DNA of 63,701 nucleotides from Perkinsus olseni (Eukaryota): NCBI GenBank assembly GCA_013115125.1, contig JABANN010000133.1, positions 1 to 63,701 of the forward strand, read 5' to 3'. Shown piece by piece: positions 39,641 to 55,450 of this stretch (position 1 is its first letter; each line of letters starts with the position of its first letter). The notes under the pieces were generated by a model. It saw only the letters and a program-made list of their open reading frames with translations, ran no database searches and was not told where the DNA came from. The position numbers and the translations under genes were made by a program.

Positions 39641-41034
39641 TCAACAAAATGCGCGAGAGTGTTAAGCGCAGCTTGTATGTGTATGCGTCAAAGGATCGAT
39701 TGCATTTAGAGTCTTTCGTGGATTGACGTTGGCCCGTCTGCCAACTTGTCGACAGCAGCTCAAGTATTATCTGATATCCGTATTTGCCTTTGGGATTGTG
39801 TTACCAGAGTCACTGGCATCGACTACCTATAGTGCCAATCGACGTTGAAGATATCCACCCACAACGTGTTGCACAAAAGCAGAGAACGCGTACGAGGGGC
39901 TGGGTCCGACTTCGTTGATTTGACATAGTAGAAAATCTTCGCCCCTCCCTCCTGGGTCGGGAGTCCCGACCCAAAGGCCGGTATTTCCGTTTGGCGAACG
40001 GGAACTTCCCGAATTCCGGGAACGTCAAATTATGTGACGAGTCGTCACATAATAAGAGGGATGAATGTCCAGCACAGCGGTCATCCATCTCGGTAAAATG
40101 CTCGCGCTAGTGTCGTATCGGTCCTTTTGTGTCGGCACCGCGCGCATCGTGCGCTGGTTGCGTCCTTCGTGCATTGTGCAGTGTGTCAATGTTGTGGTTG
40201 TGTCAATGGGCGATGTTTCTTCTCTCTAGCTTGTTCATGTGCCGGCTCACTGCTCCCCTTCGTGGAAGGGCAGCTCTCGCCGAGTTTTTTTTACCCACCC
40301 GCCGCCCAGGGAACATCATGGCCCGAACATCACGTGAACCGGACCTGCGCGATTCAGCTCGTCGGCGCATCCCGACGTCGCCGACGGCGACTCGCCGTCG
40401 GCAATTGCGCAGCGAACGGAGAAAGCTCGCCCTTTTTCGGGTCAATAGGCTCGCGGATCGGTCAAAGGCCTTTCGGGCCGCCCATGTCGGGTTCAGAGTC
40501 CGCGCGCCTATTTGCTCGTGGTTCCGAGCCAGCGTAGGGCCTGTTAGTCCCTTTGCCGGGTTCGGCACAAGGGCTCGCAGAGGCTCCCCCATCCTTGCGT
40601 ACGCAGCGCGCTCACCGCTCCTCAGCTCAGACGTCCCCCTGGAAGCCGCTGGTCTCGCTCGGGTCAGTGGCTTCGGCTTCAGCCACCTGCCCGCGTATAG
40701 GTCCAGTAAGGACGCAGCCTGCGGCGGTGTGGGCGTCTGGTCTCCGGAGTCGCTAGGCCCCGAGGTTCTACCTCCCCTCGGCCTAGCGCGGCGCGTTCAA
40801 GGATGGTCTACGTTCAGCTCCGTGATCCGCAATCTCCCAAGGTAGAGGATCCGGGTCTGGCACGTTAGCGAGCGTCTTACTCGTACACATAATACTCGTA
40901 CACATAGTACTCCTATACGTAAAACTCAGAGCTCGTACACTATCCTGCTCAGTCGCAAAATGGCCACGCATACCAGACTGATAGACATTTTCCAGTCGGA
41001 AAAGGCCATTCACACTGTACGAATTACGACTTCA

Positions 41035-42120
41035 TCAAGATTGAAATGATTGATTCGTTCTGCTGGAAATTCCAGACTGGAATGATTCCAGTTGCCTCCT
41101 ACTCGGAAGCCATGTCTTCCTCCTTTTTCTCACGCAACATGACACGACAAACCACATTTCGAAGGGTGAATAGGTGGTAAGGCCGTCGCTTAGCTTGCCG
41201 TAGGGCTCAACACAGCTTGGGTCGTCTCCGGGCACATGAGGGAGGGCATCCTCCGCTCTTGGTTTCACCCACGTCGAACCCTGCGGTTTCCACTCAGAAT
41301 GAAGTTGATGCGTATCGGGGTGATGCTAGTTACTAGGGCTGTGCTCGGTCGGTTGTATGACTGTGTCTTTCTGCTGAGCAGGAGGATCGAGCAGAATCTG
41401 CTCTATCGGGCCGTTGGATCTGGAAAACGGGTCCTAGACTATAGTTTTCCGATGACATAACACAACATTATCGTGTTTCCCAGTCGGGGTTGAGTAGGCA
41501 GCGTTCGCCGACACTCAGAGCTGAGAATGATTCTCTCAGTCACACAGTAGCAGGATAGAATCCTGAGAATCAACATGAAAACAGTGAAGACAAACACTAC
41601 TAGCGCTAGTAGACAAGTGGATTGTTTGAGTGCTCACACAATAGCATTAGTTTACTTCAACGCAGTGCAAATCCGCTTGACATAGTGAAGCGGATAATGA
41701 TAAGGAATAAAACTTCAACTTCGTACCGTTTGAACTTGAATCTTTTAATCCGTGCGCTTCACCTGGCACCCCTGGCACGCCTCGCGTGCTTGAAGCAGAG
41801 TCTTGAAGGCTGGCGAAATGGTGAAGGTACCGCATGCTTTTAAATTGTTGTTTTCGTGGTGCGAAATCCGTACTTGTCTAAGTTGGAATGACTACTATGA
41901 ATCTCAAGTACAGTCTTCAGCTCACTGAAGCGAGCATATGTTCGACGGAGACAGAGAATGATTTTCTCGGGGTCCCCGAGTCGGGGGCAGCGTCCCCGTT
42001 GCCTACTCTCTTCGTATGCCCATATTCCGCAGGTGTGAAAGAAGTTACATACCGTCGGTGAAGCCGGCCGTGTTGGGACATTCGACACTAAGGTGCAGCA
42101 GTGGGACATCAGCTGCACAG
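41035..42120 (-). mobile_element. Possible highly decayed piggyBac-like transposase fragments
   Basis: Weak motif resemblance only (RFSELKTVLEIHSSHSNLDK; IKRFKFK...SSGF; TYSPFEMWF), and the order is not fully consistent. Confidence 0.2.
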
Positions 42121-42278
42121 CTAGTGGTAGGACAAGCTACGGGTGACTCAGCTTGTACTGCCGATACTGCAAGATACGGTGTAGATACCGTTGTCTTGAT
42201 CTAGTTGTTCAACCCTCATCGGATACTGTTGTGTTTCAAACAAATTGGAAACAAACTCCAAATTGGAGTACAACATGA

Positions 42279-43357
42279 ATGCTACTTTTCGTATTGGCAA
42301 ATTGGCGATGGATTTTGCCTCGAACATCGGGCTCGGGTTCCTATTATTATAAAAGTGATTGGCATAAATGTCTATTATTTGTAACAGTGAGCATCCGATT
42401 GGCTACTAGAACTCTCACTGATCTCGGACATGATAAGAGAAGGATAGAGAATATAACTTAAACATGTACACTTCTCTCTGGCATCATAGGTGAGAGGAGA
42501 CAGAACAATCAGTGGTCGCACAGTCCCGTCCCGATAGTGATCAACAGCATGCTGCAATACTGGAAGACTTCCGTCGAGTTTCAAAATTTAGTGCTCGGAA
42601 GACCTCCGCGGGGACCCGGACCTTCGCGTTAGGTAAATTTCGAGGCGGCTGGTAAAGACTCTTTACTCGTCGAAGAGGTCCTCTTCGACGGCGTGTACCC
42701 CCTCAAACGCATTAAGGACACGCAACCTGCGCAACTTGTATATCGGAGTATTAGTCCCAACCAGAAAAGTTCAGAACAGATTTCGAGTTTGTATAACGCG
42801 ACTGAGCCCATTAACGTGAAGCCAACAACAAAACGTGGATGGAAGATCTTAGCAATGCTCGATGAAAAAATCAATCTTTCGGCCCAACCTTCCCGGAGTG
42901 GTCACCTTCATAAGAAAATTACCGCTGCGCCACGAAATTATGAGATCTTCTTACTTGTTTTTTGCTGCTGTTGGGACCCACGACGACGCCGCGGATCGGG
43001 GAAATCGTCGGCGGTCTCGTCAACGTGACCGAGAGCAGATAGATGCTCAACGCGCTCAGCGAAATACCGGAATCTGGCAAATAAAATTCCGCAATGAAAA
43101 TTGCCAAGATCAATAAACTGCGGACCGTGAAGAGCGTATTCCCTCACTTCACAATAGGAGTGTGTACGTATTCTCTTGGCCAGCCCGATTGGGACGATCC
43201 AGAACAGATACGAGAAATTCTAGTCTCGTTACATCGCACCACAAAGGGGATCGCGAGACTGGCCAAGGCAGAGTGGACGGTTAGCGGATCCTCACCGATC
43301 GAAATTGTCCTGCAGTTTAACGGCAACCGCGGTTGGTCGGAATGTAACATCTGGTAG
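42279..43357 (+). pseudogene. Degraded or spliced hypothetical lineage-specific gene
   Basis: Protein-like stretches (VEEVLFDGVYPLKRI; FPHFTIGVCTYSLGQPDWDD...WTVSGSSPIEIVLQFNG) interrupted by stops. Confidence 0.3.
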
Positions 43358-43499
43358 AGATACGAGAAAGATATCTTTAGCTTGATCCTTGTACCTGACG
43401 AAAACACTGAAGTTGAGAAAGCATCGCTCCGCCTACTTCCGGTAGCGCACATCTAAACGCTCTCGTTTGAGCTCTTCGGTACTCGAACTGGAGTCACTG

Positions 43500-45185
43500 T
43501 CGTCAGCGGTCTGAGGGCATCCAAAGGTCCCCGGTTCGAAACTCCTCTTCGGCATTATTCACTTCGGAACTGCCCTCTTTCTCCTTCCTGCCACTGGCGA
43601 TTTCCAGCGCGCCCGTGAAGGTACCAGTCTGAACGAAACGAGTGGTAATCGGAAGGTCGCAGGTTCGAACCCCACGGTCGTCACCTCAGTCGTTGGTATT
43701 CTGACCCCACTATGAAAAGTGAAAGATTCTCCTGGACGAACGAGAGGCTGAAATAATAATCAAAATCAGCATACAAAACTTCGCACCGCTAACAAAAAAA
43801 TCACTATCAGCGAGAATTTTGAGGACATGGTGAAAGATACGGTAAATCGCTGGTCTCACTACAGGAAGGTTAAGATGGTCTTTAGCGGAGAAAAAGATAT
43901 GAATCGAAGAAACTGAAATTTTCTATCCTGCATCCTTCTCCAAAATTCAATACGACCGGTTCTACCATAACAAATTTCACACGCGCCACAAAATTAGATT
44001 CTCACCGTCAAGCCGACCACTCCCATAGCCTCGTCGCTGCCCGGGTTTATGTCAGCGAAGACCTGAGAACCGGAGAGACGCAGCGCCGATGTTGATAGCA
44101 GAAAAAAAACGACTGAATTAACGTCGAGGTGGCAAAGCATAGCGTTGATGACTCTCTCACGATACTTGTTGACTTCTTCAATCAGGTACCTCAAGTTGGG
44201 CTCTTGCTAGTCGGTTTCCGGCAAAACGTCTGATATGTGACGTTTGTGTAGTAGACTAGGTTGGTTGTCAACCGTGATTGGTGTCACAATAGCACGCGGT
44301 CGAAGATGCACGACTGTTGCGGTCGAAGTATCGCAGTTGAACTGTTTGTTTCTCTTTCTCGCTGTTAAGTGCTGCAGATCGAGGGTGACAAACTGAGATA
44401 TCATGGTAGTGTTACAATATCCTCATTATGATAATAGGATGTGCAGCGGTTCTAAGCACGGTATCAAGGGCTTGCGTATTCACCCCGCGTCCGATAGGGC
44501 GATCCTGAGTTACTCAGAATCGATTCTGGGATTCATCTTAACGCGTAAAACTCGGCGCTTTCAGAATCGATTCTGATTTTCAGAGTTGGTTTATTGAACG
44601 ACTCTTCAGTTTTCAGAATTTTAGAGCAAACAAAAACAAGGTCAACTTTTCGCTGGTCTGTCCGGCCTCCCTTCCTCCTCACGTGATCATCGGCGTCCCG
44701 AAAAGTGTAATTTCGGCCAAGTATCCGATATTCGTTATTCTGATGGAGATTGTGGATGGTGATGCGATATGTGTATACCTGAGGGGAGAAACGCCGTCAC
44801 CGGGGATCGAACCCGGGATCTATCACGTAGGTCCGCTTGGACGGATCGGCAGGTTGAGGGGCGTCTTGGCAATATCCAGTAGCGACCTGATAAAGATACT
44901 CCTAAATCGATCACGTGATCGATTTGACCTGTATCATTAATCCAGCTTGTGGATCGACACGTTGGAAATTACTGGCGTTTAATACAGATTGTTCGGATAC
45001 GTATCTGACAGCCACATGTGCATGCGTGCTAATCGAATCATAACTTAGTAACCTACTTGACGGTTTCAAAAAGAGTGTCTTCCTCTTCTCGAGGAGCTAC
45101 AACAACCTTGTTGTCATCTTCGCTGAGCAGCGGTCTGAAAGCTGGCAATCCAAAGGCCCCGGGTTCTATCCCCACGCATGACATA
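43500..45185. other. Four intergenic tRNA-derived fragments (43500-43558 +, 43648-43686 +, 44790-44828 -, 45122-45184 +)
   Basis: cagcggtctga..atccaaagg(t/c)ccc(c/g)ggttc(g/t)a is shared by 43504 and 45128. Also ggtcgcaggttcgaaccccacggtcgtca, and a reverse-complement CCCGGGTTCGATCCCCGGTGACGGCG-TTT (tRNA-Asp-like 3' half). Confidence 0.6.
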
Positions 45186-45571
45186 CCGTAACAATCGATC
45201 TTTTAGGCGACCAATTGAAAGCCCCGAGACCCTTGCTGGGCGGCTGTCGGAATCACAACCACTCGGGATCGACTTCGATACCAGCTGAAGGGAATCTTGA
45301 GGTCGACTCAGGGAGTATCTTTGGCCATCGTGTTGTGCCAGCTTGAAAGATACTACATGAAATTTGAGAGCCTTTTCGGCTGTATACGCCAACTCGGATA
45401 CTCGAACAACGTTGGTAGTCATTGAATATCCTGAAAGAGAATCTTGAGGTTGAGCGTGCAAGATACAAAATGGGTCAAGCCGGCGACCTCGCCCCCAGAA
45501 GTCGATTTGACAGGGGTAGTTCGTCTGCAACATCTGCCGGCCATCCATCAGATTGACGATCTTCCCACCTG

Positions 45572-45812
45572 AGAGTATCTTATCAACCTGGTCAGCCACA
45601 AAGAAGGTCGAGTAGAGGTGATAAAAGTATCTTATCAGCCTAGTGAGATACGAAATGGGTCGAATAGGAGAACAAGTAGTATCTTATCAGCTCAGTGAGA
45701 TGCAAAAGTGGTCGAGACGAGTATCTTATCGCCCTAGGAAGATGTCAAATTCATCCGACCAACGCGATAGAAATATCTAACCGACCTAGCAAGATACAAA
45801 ATAGGTCAACTT
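45572..45812. repeat. Degenerate ~40-55 bp tandem array of the GTATCT..AGATAC element
   Basis: agtatcttatc(a/g)(a/g/c)c...gagat(a/g)c..aa.tggtcga recurs about 5 times. Confidence 0.75.
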
Positions 45813-46388
45813 GAGCATTTTCTCCCAACTTACTTTTCCTCATTTGCCTCAATAACATCACCGTCAACGACCTTCTTATCGACCGAGGGCCCGTCAACTC
45901 CGTCATAAAAGTCACTTAAACCATGCAACCTCTCCACACCATCCATCCTGCGCCAAATCGATCATCAGGGCTCGCGCTTTTTTACCGCTGCGTCTGTCTG
46001 GCACGTAGACGCCGTCGGTGACCGCCCGGCGTTGCCTTTGATTTAATAAGCCCTTCAGGTGACCCCTCGGGGGTTGGACGATTTGTAGTGTCTCTCTCGT
46101 ACTGAAATTGGGGTATTTATGGGAAAGGAGTGGTATGGGAATATTCTGTTGCTTTGGGAAGGCTGAGGGAATATTTACTCCGTGAGATTGAAAATATCCG
46201 AGGTTGAAGCTTGCTTGATACGCTGCATTAAGATAATTATAATATAATTATCAGATAATTATAACGCTGCATTATAATAATTACTAGAGCAGAGGTTCCC
46301 TCCTCCGTTCTCTCGACCATGGTCTCTATTTTACACTTTTTTCATCAATAATAGTTACTTCTTCTTCTTTCCCTGTCTATTTCCAACC

Positions 46389-49411
<3,023 letters not shown>

Positions 49412-49843
49412 GATATTCTATGATTGCCTCTGATCATCCGAAGATTCGCCGTCTCTTCTGCTCGGCCATCGATACTGTTTGTTTCTTCCCTCTACTGTAA
49501 TTTACATCATCACCATCACGTCTATAAATTACCACTGGATCGTTGACGATTAGTTTCTCTCGCAAGTTGGCATAAGCGTATCTTAGGTCGAAGCTGGCAT
49601 GCGGCAGAATTATACCGATTGTCATCACTATGTCAGAAATTATTCCTCTCACACTCAGCGCTGAACTTCCTCAGCGCCCCGCAGCCGGAAGATTTTTCTC
49701 CACCCCAGGATACTCCAATTTTGGGATGAGAAATATTTCCGCTGTATCTATACGGTTGGTAGCGAGTGTTGTGTTGGGGGTATCCTAGGTTGAAGCTAGT
49801 AAGATACAGAATAGGTTAAGTTTGGGTTCTCCCATTTGTTGAT

Positions 49844-50353
49844 ATGAGTCGTCATGTTCAAGGCGGAAAGGCTAAGCCGCTCAAGGCTCCCAAGTCGGGC
49901 AAGCATGAGGACGCCGATACTATCGCCATGAAGAAGCAGATGGTAGGTTCTTCTCGTCTGTTATACCACATTTTTCGTAACTCTCGGTCATCTTCGGTGA
50001 TATCTCGTCACCACGATTCATCTCCTTCCTTAACATTCCCGTTATGGCAGCCCTTGTCGTGATTTGCTGCGTCTTGGGAATGAAACTCGAGCTTCTGTCG
50101 TGTCCGTTTTGGTCATACGACAGGAGTTAATAGTAGTAATAGTAATCCAGGTTTCGCCTTCTGCCTTAATTTTTATCATCAATTTTTTTTTCTGTGTCAG
50201 AATCAAAAAGTCTTCTCCTGTGTTCGTTTTCGTCAATATTATGGCCGTAACAATTTTTGTCGGTCTCAATATTTTCTATTTCAGAATGAAAAGAAGGCCG
50301 CGGAGAAGGCTGCGGCGAAGGCGTTGATGGCGAAGAAGAAGAGTATTAAATAA
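49844..50353 (+). CDS. TMA7: Translation machinery-associated protein 7, two exons (intron 49943-50284)
   Basis: MSRHVQGGKAKPLKAPK...AMKKQM|NEKKAAEKAAAKALMAKKKSIK*; carries the GGK.KPLK.PK signature. Confidence 0.8.
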
Positions 50354-50465
50354 GATTATTCACTCACACTGACTGATAGCATTTCCAAAGAAATATTTTT
50401 CACGTCGGGTTGTCAATCGGGTAACCGTCACTGCGCCACGAAAATGCTCTGCAGCGTTCTCATGT

Positions 50466-53300
50466 ATGTCCTCGTCACCACCGGCTGAATTTAAGGATTT
50501 TTATGAGGTTTTGGGGATTTGCCCTACGGCCACTGATGCTGAGATAAAGACAGCGTAGTAATGGGAGGAGAGCGTTAAGGAAATTCAAGATTACAAGATT
50601 TGGCGAGATGCTGGTATAGAAATACTTTTGCAGTTGGAAGTTTGAGTTTCAGTTACCATTGAACTATTGAGAGATAGTGAGAAAGTAGAAATTATCAACT
50701 CGCTGTTATGATCTAGAAGGTATTCGTGCTTGGATGCGGTGGAAGGCGCTCATTCCAGTACGTCGTCTGGTGGCGGACTAGTAGAAGTGCTTACGATTCG
50801 AGTAGGAATAAAAAGTACAAGATTCAATTTTCTATTGACATAATACTTGAAGGGTAGAGGATAGAGAAAAGTTTGTTAAAATTTCGGTAGTGTTGTAAAT
50901 GTTGCTTGGGAAAATTCTCGTCTTGTAGAGGAAAGAAAGTGTTGCGAAGAGAGGGTATGGGAACCGAAGCATGCTGGGAAGTACTCGAGTGGATGACGGC
51001 TGGGGGTTGAGAAAAAACATTTTTTTCCTTTCTCGATAGTTCCCGTCTTGGTTGTCCGTAATAATTGCTTCCGGGAAATTCCCGAAAATTTGTATACATC
51101 AGAGGGATCAGTTTAGCCCGTTGAATAAGCTCTGTTCCACTGTTCAGGCCCAGAAGCCAGGAATGTTCCTCTTAGAGGGAGGTCATCGGTAGATCGTTGG
51201 TTGTCTTTTTTACTCAAAGAGCGAGAATACTTGAAAATTTGCCGTATGATTGAGGGCATCTCAGTCGAAGTGTATAAATAAAACCTAGTAATAATAAAAT
51301 CTAAATATAACATAGTGTTGTAAATATTAATGAAGGACTGCGAGTTGTTGGGATCTCTCCTCAAGGACTTTCGTACCGGTTGATAGCATGCGTCCGACAA
51401 TTAAAGTGTTAAGAATAGGTAAATATTTTTTACATTTAATGAATCTAAATTTTCTACTACAAAATTTGGAATCTTGAATTTCATGAGTTTGAAACTATTG
51501 ATAGGCACCTGTATGATCCAGTTCGTGAAGTAATCATAGTAGCACCAGGTGAACTCTCTTCTCCCTCTTTGTTGGGTTCGCCTCGAGCTATCTTGGTCTG
51601 CTGGGTATTGGAGGATTCTAACTCGAGAATTGTGGGATTTACGGTATGGGAGGGCTCCCGGTTAGGTATCGAGAGACGATTAAATTATGGCATCCGGATA
51701 AGCATAAAGGGGACGGCCGAGAGGAGGCCTTGGGGAAGAGTCAGATGATTAATGAAGCTTATGCGGTACTAAGGATAGGGCGCGGGTTCGATCCTCGGCA
51801 GCGGCATTTTTACGCAATATATTGCTGTTTGTGAGGTACTGAGGGATCCAGATAAACGGCAGAAGTTTGATATTGAGTTGCTGAAAAATCGGCGTGCCCG
51901 CGCGGATGTAGAAAAGGGGGTCGGGAATTTCGTGGCGCAGTGACGGATGTTAGGCTGCCAAGGAGGAAGGAAATAAATGCTATCGGTCGTCGAAGTTCGA
52001 AGAAGCGGTTCAACACTACAGTCTGGCGATTGAGTTGGACAGCACTAATCATGTATATTATAGGTGGGTTGAAATCGATCAACTGGGCGCGCGCAAAATT
52101 CATGAGGTTAGTAATCGGTCTACAGCGCATGCTGCACTGGCGGAGTGGGGTGAAAGTCGGGAGGATGCTGAGAAATGTGTAAGTGAGAGCAAGATTGCAA
52201 GATTTTTTATTTTGGGGTTGTTAGTTGGAGATGAATGAGCAGTCTGTGCGAGCCCATTATAATTTGGTGAGGGCGAAGATCAAAATGGGTCATTTGGGTG
52301 AGTTGGGCGGTTGCGAGTTGCGAAAAATTTGGTATGCAGAAGGGCGAGATTTTTCGTAAGATAGTAGAGTTGGAGGCATCTTCTGCCTGCTGATCTCAAT
52401 GGTATTTTTACGCATATTTCTGAGGTTTTCTTTTCGCACCTCACGAAGAATCATGTGGATTTTTTATATCACTTTCGGGCCACCGATGGGACCGGATGGT
52501 ATTACAGCGGTTTTGCTGCTTGGTTGGCTTTAAGTCGCTTTCTCTAGCGGAGCGAAGGTGGGGATATTTCGTTTCTCAGGAGACGCACAGAAGACGCTGA
52601 CGATAGCACTTGGGAAGTTTCCGCGGGATTCGGATCTTGTTAAACTGAGAACGGAGTTATTTACTTCCTCCTCGCGTCCGTCAACGCCGCCGTCCAAGTT
52701 GGTAGTACGGGACGGTGACGAAAATAATTTTCGTGGATCAGATATTTCTTTCGTTCCTGCAGGATTTTTCTTCTCAATGATATTCTTTGATGTTTTGTAA
52801 TTTTTTTTTCGTTTTCTTTCTTAAAATTTTCTGGTCTTTTCAAATCTTCCGATTTTTCCTGTCCCCAGCAGGCGGGTAGCAGATTGTCGAGTTTAACGCC
52901 ACCTCGCAGCCGGTCGGTTGTGAGAGATTCGACACCAATCAGGGAGAGGGGAAGAACCCCTCCACGAGTAGGGCGGAGCGAAGTGATTTTTGAATGCCAG
53001 TATTTTTCGGCGGCGTTTCAGAGTATAGATGATGATGAATTAGAAAGAACTGCGAACTTTGGGAAATTGAGAGTAATAGGCGACAACGCAATGATGAGGG
53101 TTTGAGAATGGCCGAAGCAGGTGGACCGTGAGAAGGGTGATGGTTCACAGGAAGAGCAGGCGGCCTGCTTCGGGATGCCAATAGCGTCCGCTGGGGTGAG
53201 TTGTCATACGGGAAATCACGGAGATGTGTCAGTAAATTGCCGGCGCTGAATGGTGGATTTTTGTGTCGGGGAGATCTGTGGATGACCTGGGAGGCGCGTT
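50466..53300 (+). CDS. J-domain (DnaJ) + TPR co-chaperone, multi-exon; 3' end approximate
   Basis: DFYEVLGICPTATDAEIKTA|YRETIKLWHPDK...INEAYA|VLRDPDKRQKFD, followed by TPR AKEEGNKCYRSSKFEEAVQHYSLAIELDSTNHVYYSNRSTAH. Confidence 0.85.
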
Positions 53301-53319
53301 AAATATCCTCACTGGCGTT

Positions 53320-53540
53320 TGTCTTCTTGGGTATATTCTTGAGCCACGTCGGCATACTGGGTAACGCTGTTGAGGAAATGCAAGATTCAGCAAGATTACA
53401 AGATCCTCCCCACACCACCTACTTGTGACAAGCCCTCAAGGCACCTTGTCGCGAGCAGGATAACGAATATTTTCGAAGCACTTATAATTGTCTCGAAAGG
53501 TTGCTCCAACATTTCCTTTTACTTTTGGACGACGCCCGTG
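53320..53540 (-). pseudogene. Inverted, rearranged duplicate fragments of the DBP2 gene
   Basis: 53345-53442 is the near-exact reverse complement of about 48488-48587, including an intron. 53450-53540 is a more diverged copy of the [27 protein letters not shown] exon. Confidence 0.85.
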
Positions 53541-54200
53541 AGCCCTAGTTCCAGTAGCGTCGGTGTGGTCGGTGTGAGAGAATTCCCCATTCACATAGAG
53601 GTTCGTGTGCCTACGCGATCACGCTTGAAGTATCTCGGACGTGGCAAGATTAGATTGGGTTCATAGTGAAAGAGAAAAGTAATTGAGTAGTCGAGGGGAC
53701 GGGAGGTGGTTTGATGAAGCTAGTGCCGACGATGACCTCGCTTTGAGAGCAACATCCCTTGGGCCAAGGGCCTTGGCTTGGGCCTATTCAACAGGTTTAA
53801 GTGATCCCTCAGAGAGAGGTTTATCGGTGCTAGGCTGAGTCGTACTGTCGGCGTTGGCCTTCAAACTCACACGCGACACGGTTCGATTGTGTTATGGAGA
53901 GAGTGAACACTGTTCACTGAACAGTTATCCTGCGTAGTGGAAAGGAAACTATCGAGTTCTCAGGCAGCGGGTGAAGGGGGAGTTGGAGAGCTACTACCCC
54001 TTGCTGCTCGATTGCGTCAACAGATGAAGCCAGCCATCAATCCAGTAAGATCTCATCATATTCCACGACTGTCGAATGACGCGAAGTAGCGGTAAAATAG
54101 AATATGGTGGATAGGAGCATGTGGAAATAAAGACAGCCGGAGCGGTCCCTGGCACAACCTCAAAAAACGGCGAAACGCTTTTACCAAAATTGGCGTTTTT

Positions 54201-55450
54201 GTGCAATTCTGGCAGATCACCGGCGCTCCGGTCGCGGTCTCGCCAGTGGCAGAGGGATCCCTGAGTTACCGAAGGAGTGGTTCGAACGATCAGAAGGGGG
54301 CCTGGCAGCCTCCGCCTCCAATGCCAGATGGAAGAAAGTGGGAGCTCAGCGGAGCGAAGCGATTCATGTTTTACATTTTAGGCTTGCCGCTGTGGCGCCT
54401 CCTAGCCTGGCAGTACACAGTGAGCATCGTGTCGAGCTTCGTTTTGGGCGAGTTACGGTCCTTAGGGTCGTCGCCGCCGCACCACGTCGGAGCGGTGAGG
54501 AGAGATCTCACGCCACCAGCGCGGCCATACAGGCATTCGGACTTTGCGGATCAGCCGAGTAGGTTATCACCAACTAAAAACCGGCACGAGTCTGAATCGA
54601 TTCTAGGACTGATTCTTATCCGTGAAACTCGGCGGTGGTTCGGCGGTCGGTGGATGCAAGAATTCCTGAGAAAATCTTCGCATTCCTGGGATATGAGAAA
54701 TGATCTCGGGAGTGGATTCGGGCTAGTTGTCTCGCGTGACTGTACAAGGTTTGAGGCAAGCAGCTATTTAGTTTTGGATTGGTGATCGAAGCTCTTGTGT
54801 CACCCCAGTTCTTTGGGAACTATCCAAACTCAATCCCGGAGGACTTTCCGATGTGCGTTGATGGGTATCAGTATCAGTATCAGTAGTAGAAGTTCCAATA
54901 TTGCTCATTATCCCAGGAAGCACTACCTGGGTGGCACTTACCTGAGGGTGCGATTGACAGTGTATTGTTATGCTCGAGTTTGAAGATACTCAGCTATACA
55001 AACCGTTTCTCTTAACACGCACAGTACGATGCAGCAGTCGTGCGTCGTACTGTTATAAACGACGTTCTCATGCACATTGCTTCCCCGGCGTTCATGATAG
55101 TGAGGGTCAGGCGATTTATTAGAAAAGCTCGAGAAGCGTGGTTATCGTCACATGACCACTACCGAGTGATTGAGTCGCTTTTTAGGAAGTCTGACGCCCC
55201 CGCCGTACGTCGAGGCCGGCTGGTGAGTTACTTTGGGTTGTGCTGTGCGAGAGTGCTATCTTCAGGATGAGGGAGATCGTTCCGAGAGGAAGTGCTCCTA
55301 GTGGACCGAGCTTGGCGCTGGCGGCTTTGAAGGGAAGAATCTTCAATGGATTTACCAGCAAGAAATGACGACATGTAGAATTGGATTTTACCACCCCAGG
55401 ATGTGCGACCGTCATATTTATACTTTACGTGTTGGGTTGATAGTAGAGGG
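54201..55450 (+). CDS. Hypothetical spliced gene; boundaries uncertain
   Basis: Exon-like segments (GAWQPPPPMPDGR|LAAVAPPSLAVHSEHRVELRFG; RRFIRKAREAWLSSHDHYRVIESLF) separated by GT-AG intron-like stretches. Confidence 0.3.

Noticed and set aside
40129-40845. 238-aa Arg-rich ORF and overlapping antisense ORF
   Set aside because: A GC-rich stretch open in several frames with no motif; likely spurious or a repeat remnant.
40878-40945. Short 15-bp repeat (also the 16-bp repeat at ~63637-63683)
   Set aside because: Two or three degenerate copies only; ordinary microduplication.
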